A DNA stretch of 56,676 nucleotides from a virus. The position numbers and the translations under genes were made by a program. Position 1 is the first letter of the stretch; each line of letters begins with the position of its first letter. The stretch is taken from the IMG/VR virus record IMGVR_UViG_3300031760_000087, positions 1 through 56,676 of that record; one strand, 5' to 3'. Below the pieces are notes generated by a model. The model was not told the DNA's origin. It was given only the letters and a program-made list of their open reading frames with translations, and ran no database searches. Below are positions 53,564 through 56,676 of this stretch, piece after piece.

Positions 53564-53830
53564 ATGACAAAACTAACCAAAATCGATATTTATGCAAACC
53601 CATTAGAAGACCTTTTTAATGTCGGAGATGAGATCAGTACCACAACAAGCGAATTCCCATATAATAGCCTAACCCATCGCTTTGATAGTCAAGCAACCTA
53701 TATGGGAACAGTACTGGCAAAATACGAGTATGGTGACTACTCCGAGTATGATCCTGACAAATGCAATAATGGGGGAAAATATGGGTACGATTACTACACT
53801 ATCGTAGAGGTGCTAGAAAGGGAATACTGA
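53564..53830 (+). CDS. hypothetical protein (88 aa)
   Basis: ORF track. GGAAGTGAG lies upstream and a T-run downstream. Confidence 0.6.
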   Translation: MTKLTKIDIYANPLEDLFNVGDEISTTTSEFPYNSLTHRFDSQATYMGTVLAKYEYGDYSEYDPDKCNNGGKYGYDYYTIVEVLEREY

Positions 53831-53873
53831 TTCCCTCAAACTTTTTCTTTTTTTATCAAGGAGGAAATATTGA

Positions 53874-54440
53874 ATGAAAATTGACAATTGCGAAGCAACA
53901 AGAAATGACATAGTAACTATTCTTGGAAAAATAACCACTTTCAAAGGAGTATTTAGTACCAAAGAATGGTTATATGAATGCGAATTTGAAGATGGAACTC
54001 ATCAAATCAGTTTCGAGAAAAAAAGCATCTTTGAACCTGATTTAAGAGATATGAGAGCATTATACAGTATGGTTGACTGGGAAAAATATACAGAGAACAT
54101 CCCAAAATGTGAAAATGGAGCATATGACCTCTCCGAACACAACCGATATTTTAATTTCTATTTAAAGGATGAGAATGGAAACCCTGTCACCCACCCCCTA
54201 GGGATCAAGGTTGTTAAGGTAGATGACAATGAGAGATTAAGTGTTTACCTTTTTGATGATGTGTCCTATCATACTCCAGTTAATGATATTATTCATAGTT
54301 TCGATGAGGAAACCAAGCGAATTTTTTTGGACATCATTGATGAGTCAGAGGGTTACAGAATATGCAAGGAAGACTATCTCTATGTCGATGATGGAATCCA
54401 TTATGTTAATGCAAGATTACGAGTATTATGTTATAAATAA
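53874..54440 (+). CDS. hypothetical protein (188 aa)
   Basis: ORF track. AGGAGG lies upstream. Confidence 0.6.
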   Translation: MKIDNCEATRNDIVTILGKITTFKGVFSTKEWLYECEFEDGTHQISFEKKSIFEPDLRDMRALYSMVDWEKYTENIPKCENGAYDLSEHNRYFNFYLKDENGNPVTHPLGIKVVKVDDNERLSVYLFDDVSYHTPVNDIIHSFDEETKRIFLDIIDESEGYRICKEDYLYVDDGIHYVNARLRVLCYK

Positions 54441-54494
54441 CCATCTATGACAGAATTAGAATACTAATTCCATCTAACCTTTCTTTTTTTTATT

Positions 54495-54803
54495 ATGAGG
54501 ATGATAATTATGGATACTGAAAAACTAATCAAAGTACTGCAAAACACAAAAGGAATCACACAAACTGATGAAACCCAAATAATAGACTGCACACAACGAT
54601 TCAGAACCGAAAATGAATTACGAATCCAAGCCAACGAAATCACAATCTTCTTCGATGCAATAACCTATATTGAAATATTTGAAAACAGTATCGGATTCAG
54701 GACAGAAACAGAGGATGGAACACAAACCAATTACACAATATTCTATTTTAGTGATCTAGAGGAACTGGAAATAGAAATCAACAACCACTACCACTACTTC
54801 TGA
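54495..54803 (+). CDS. hypothetical protein (about 97-102 aa)
   Basis: ORF track, preceded by a T-run. Confidence 0.55.
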   Translation: MRMIIMDTEKLIKVLQNTKGITQTDETQIIDCTQRFRTENELRIQANEITIFFDAITYIEIFENSIGFRTETEDGTQTNYTIFYFSDLEELEIEINNHYHYF

Positions 54804-54880
54804 AAAAACTGGAGGGAAAAATTTCCCAAAAACTATAAAACCATAAAAACAAAATAAATAATACCAAAGGAGGAAAAAAC

Positions 54881-55213
54881 TTGACAACCATAGAAGTAAA
54901 AATCAAATTCAAAGAATACCAATTCTGCAGAGTCAAACCCACAACTGGAAACTCTGCAATAATCTACACAAACACAGACTGGATCAACCGAGAAGTCATA
55001 ATAATCCCAATGAAACTAAACATAACCGACAGACTAATAGAAAAAAAGTATAACCCTGAAACAAAAGAATACGAACTCACAGTAGAAACAGATTTAATCC
55101 TCAAGAAAACCATCAAAGAGGGAAAAAACATCGGCAGAGCCTACCTCCCAACAGAACTCATAGGTTTGGATATGTTAATAATCCCAAAACCACAAATAGA
55201 AAACCTATACTAG
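54881..55213 (+). CDS. DNA-binding protein candidate with two AbrB/SpoVT-like (DUF2080-like) modules (TTG start)
   Basis: VKPTTGNSAIIYTNTDWINREVIIIP and GKNIGRAYLPTELIGLDMLIIP resemble the G.s..v.lP..w.G..V.i swapped-hairpin pattern. AGGAGG lies upstream. Confidence 0.4.
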   Translation: MTTIEVKIKFKEYQFCRVKPTTGNSAIIYTNTDWINREVIIIPMKLNITDRLIEKKYNPETKEYELTVETDLILKKTIKEGKNIGRAYLPTELIGLDMLIIPKPQIENLY

Positions 55214-55488
55214 AACCAAAAATGGATTCCCAAAAACTTATTTAATTTCTAAATAATAGATTTGAAAATGAGTTTCCGAAATCAGGAGGGATTCCCTAGA
55301 ATCAGAACCCTTTCCCAGTTTCAGATTCTAAAACTGATTTCCGAAATCTGAATTAGTTTCCGAGAACTGGATTCTAATTTCAGTTTCAGATTCCAAAATC
55401 AATTTCCGAAAACTGGAAAAGTTTCCGAGAATCAGATTCAAAAATCGATTTCGGAAATAAAAATGAATCCCAAAATAACCAATACAAA
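55214..55488. repeat. Dense array of TTTCCGA(A/G)AA palindromic sites interleaved with GATTC/GAATC motifs
   Basis: Six strong sites at 55272, 55336 (perfect 13-bp palindrome GATTTC-C-GAAATC), 55356, 55402, 55421 and 55447, plus about 7 GATTC-type motifs. No ORF. Confidence 0.85.
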
Positions 55489-55827
55489 ATGGAGCTAATA
55501 ATTATGTACCCACAATTAATCAAAAATTATGCAAAAACATTAATCAAAGACCTAGGCACAGAACACACAACCTACAACATCAAACCAACCGACATCAGCA
55601 ATAACTACAACAACTACTATGTCATCAACATTACAATCCTAATTGAAAAACCATCAGAATTCGACCCTGAATCCACAACAATCCAACTACTCCATACACA
55701 ATTAATGGATGAGATTAATATGCCAATCATCGTGGACAAGGAAGACCTCCGAACACTCTACACCACCCTTAAAGAAGAGGGGGCTAAAATCGGAAACAAG
55801 GAAGACATCCAAAAACTACTGGAATAA
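55489..55827 (+). CDS. hypothetical protein (112 aa)
   Basis: ORF track. Confidence 0.55.
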   Translation: MELIIMYPQLIKNYAKTLIKDLGTEHTTYNIKPTDISNNYNNYYVINITILIEKPSEFDPESTTIQLLHTQLMDEINMPIIVDKEDLRTLYTTLKEEGAKIGNKEDIQKLLE

Positions 55828-56019
55828 AACACTATTTTATCACAAGTTGCACTACATCAAAAGTGCAACAAACCCTTATTTTTCAACAACACTTTAATTA
55901 TCCTGCATCTTCAATCAATATAACACTACTTTTACTACTGGAGTATAATAATCCACGAACCAACACCCCACTTAAACAACCCCCTCCCAAGAGCAGACAC
56001 ACACCACAAAACAACCATC

Positions 56020-56166
56020 AACATCGTGGACAAAAAAACACACCACCCCATACCACCATCGTGGACAAAAAAGAAAAAAATAACACCCATCGTGGAGGCA
56101 AAAACCATCATCACCCATCGTGCAAAAAAACAAATAACACCCATCGTGGCAGAGTCTTCGTGGAGG
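56020..56166. repeat. Six iteron-like C(C)ATCGTGG repeats in an A/C-rich tract
   Basis: Copies at 56023, 56056, 56086, 56114, 56138 and 56155. The 16-mer ATAACACCCATCGTGG occurs twice. Confidence 0.85.
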
Positions 56167-56249
56167 AGGTTTAAAAAAAACATATAAATAAATATTATAA
56201 TTACTTTATAGCTATTTTAGGATCATCTGAAAATATATGCACCTGCAGG

Positions 56250-56676
56250 AATTCAGGAATTCAAGACCTGCTGGAATTCAGGAATTCAAGACCTGCTGGA
56301 ATTCAGGAATTCAAGACCTGCAGGAATTCAGGAATTCAAGACCTGCTGGAATTCAGGAATTCAAGACCTGCTGGAATTCAGGAATTCAAGACCTGCTGGA
56401 ATTCAGGAATTCAAGACCTGCAGGAATTCAGGAATTCAAGACCTGCTGGAATTCAGGAATTCAAGACCTGCAGGAATTCAGGAATTCAAGACCTGCAGGA
56501 ATTCAGGAATTCAAGACCTGCTGGAATTCAGGAATTCAAGACCTGCAGGAATTCAGGAATTCAAGACCTGCAGGAATTCAGGAATTCAAGACCTGCAGGA
56601 ATTCAGGAATTCAAGACCTGCAGGAATTCAGGAATTCAAGACCTGCAGGAATTCAGGAATTCAAGACCTGCAGGAA
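56250..56676. repeat. 25-bp tandem repeat array, 17 units plus 2 nt, with an A/T variant at one position
   Basis: Unit is AATTCAGGAATTCAAGACCTGC[A/T]GG. Variant order is T T A T T T A T A A T A A A A A A. The last 127 nt equal nt 1-127. Confidence 0.97.

Larger units (their letters stand above)
1..56676. mobile_element. Complete tailed-virus / provirus-type genome (circular or terminally redundant), probably of a methanogenic archaeon
   Basis: Full packaging-head-tail-lysis module, integrase and replication module are present. nt 1-127 are identical to nt 56550-56676. Almost all genes lie on one strand. Host assignment is inference only. Confidence 0.75.

Noticed and set aside
55863-56183. 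Track ORFs 55863-56174(+) and 55935-56183(-)
   Set aside because: Their translations are low-complexity (H/N/T/P/K or W/V/G/M) because of the A/C-only iteron tract. The region is non-coding.
56250-56676. The array as a concatenated adaptor or linker artefact (it contains EcoRI GAATTC and PstI/SbfI CCTGCAGG sites)
   Set aside because: The units carry an interspersed A/T polymorphism. Degenerate copies of the core occur in unique DNA (298-346, 38116-38126, 38582-38593). Both flanks read smoothly into unique sequence. This is not fully excluded without the reads.

Overview
No tools or searches were run, so every product call rests on motifs read from the ORF translations, gene order and repeats counted by eye.

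The window reads as one complete, gene-dense genome of about 56.5 kb. It looks like a temperate tailed virus with a siphovirus-like head-tail module, or a virus-plasmid hybrid. The host is probably a low-GC archaeon, most plausibly a pseudomurein-walled methanogen. That host call is inference from several features:
- TTTATATA-type promoters and GGAGG ribosome sites
- an archaeo-eukaryotic primase and an XPF/ERCC4 nuclease
- Cys-His-Asp lysin candidates
- a giant adhesin-like Ig-repeat protein

nt 1-127 are identical to nt 56550-56676 because both ends lie in the same 25-bp tandem array. The molecule is therefore circular or terminally redundant.

Layout on the + strand:
1. Array, then an A+T-rich stretch.
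2. Three early-looking genes (432-1913).
3. A 1.45-kb non-coding region with AC-rich tracts and a multi-repeat module (locus A).
4. Packaging, head, tail, fibre and lysis genes (3367-35195): terS, terL, portal, MuF-like, scaffold, capsid, tail tube, a frameshifted chaperone pair, a 1486-aa tape measure, a 2679-aa Ig-repeat protein, a transglutaminase-like tail protein, paralogous fibres and a cysteine-peptidase lysin.
5. Tyrosine integrase (35400-36590).
6. A 2.4-kb switch-like region. It holds a second copy of the repeat module (locus B), operator-like repeats, and the only convincing minus-strand gene, a 56-aa RHH protein missed by the ORF track.
7. Replication and nucleotide-metabolism genes (39023-48964).
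8. A fragmented C5-cytosine methyltransferase locus (49250-50843), a metallophosphoesterase and an NPPY methyltransferase.
9. Small accessory genes (53191-55827).
10. Two further classes of iteron-like repeats, then the array again.

Best candidates for something new:
- The methyltransferase locus is a mosaic of catalytic and target-recognition fragments. Its reading frame breaks at (AG)n tracts and a G11 run (plus one in-frame TAG).
- Two homologous repeat modules in direct orientation, one beside the integrase, split the circle into a structural half of about 33.8 kb and a replicative half of about 22.7 kb.
- The junction region is origin- or centromere-like. It combines the 25-bp array, CCATCGTGG iterons, TTTCCGAAA palindromes and an AT-rich stretch.
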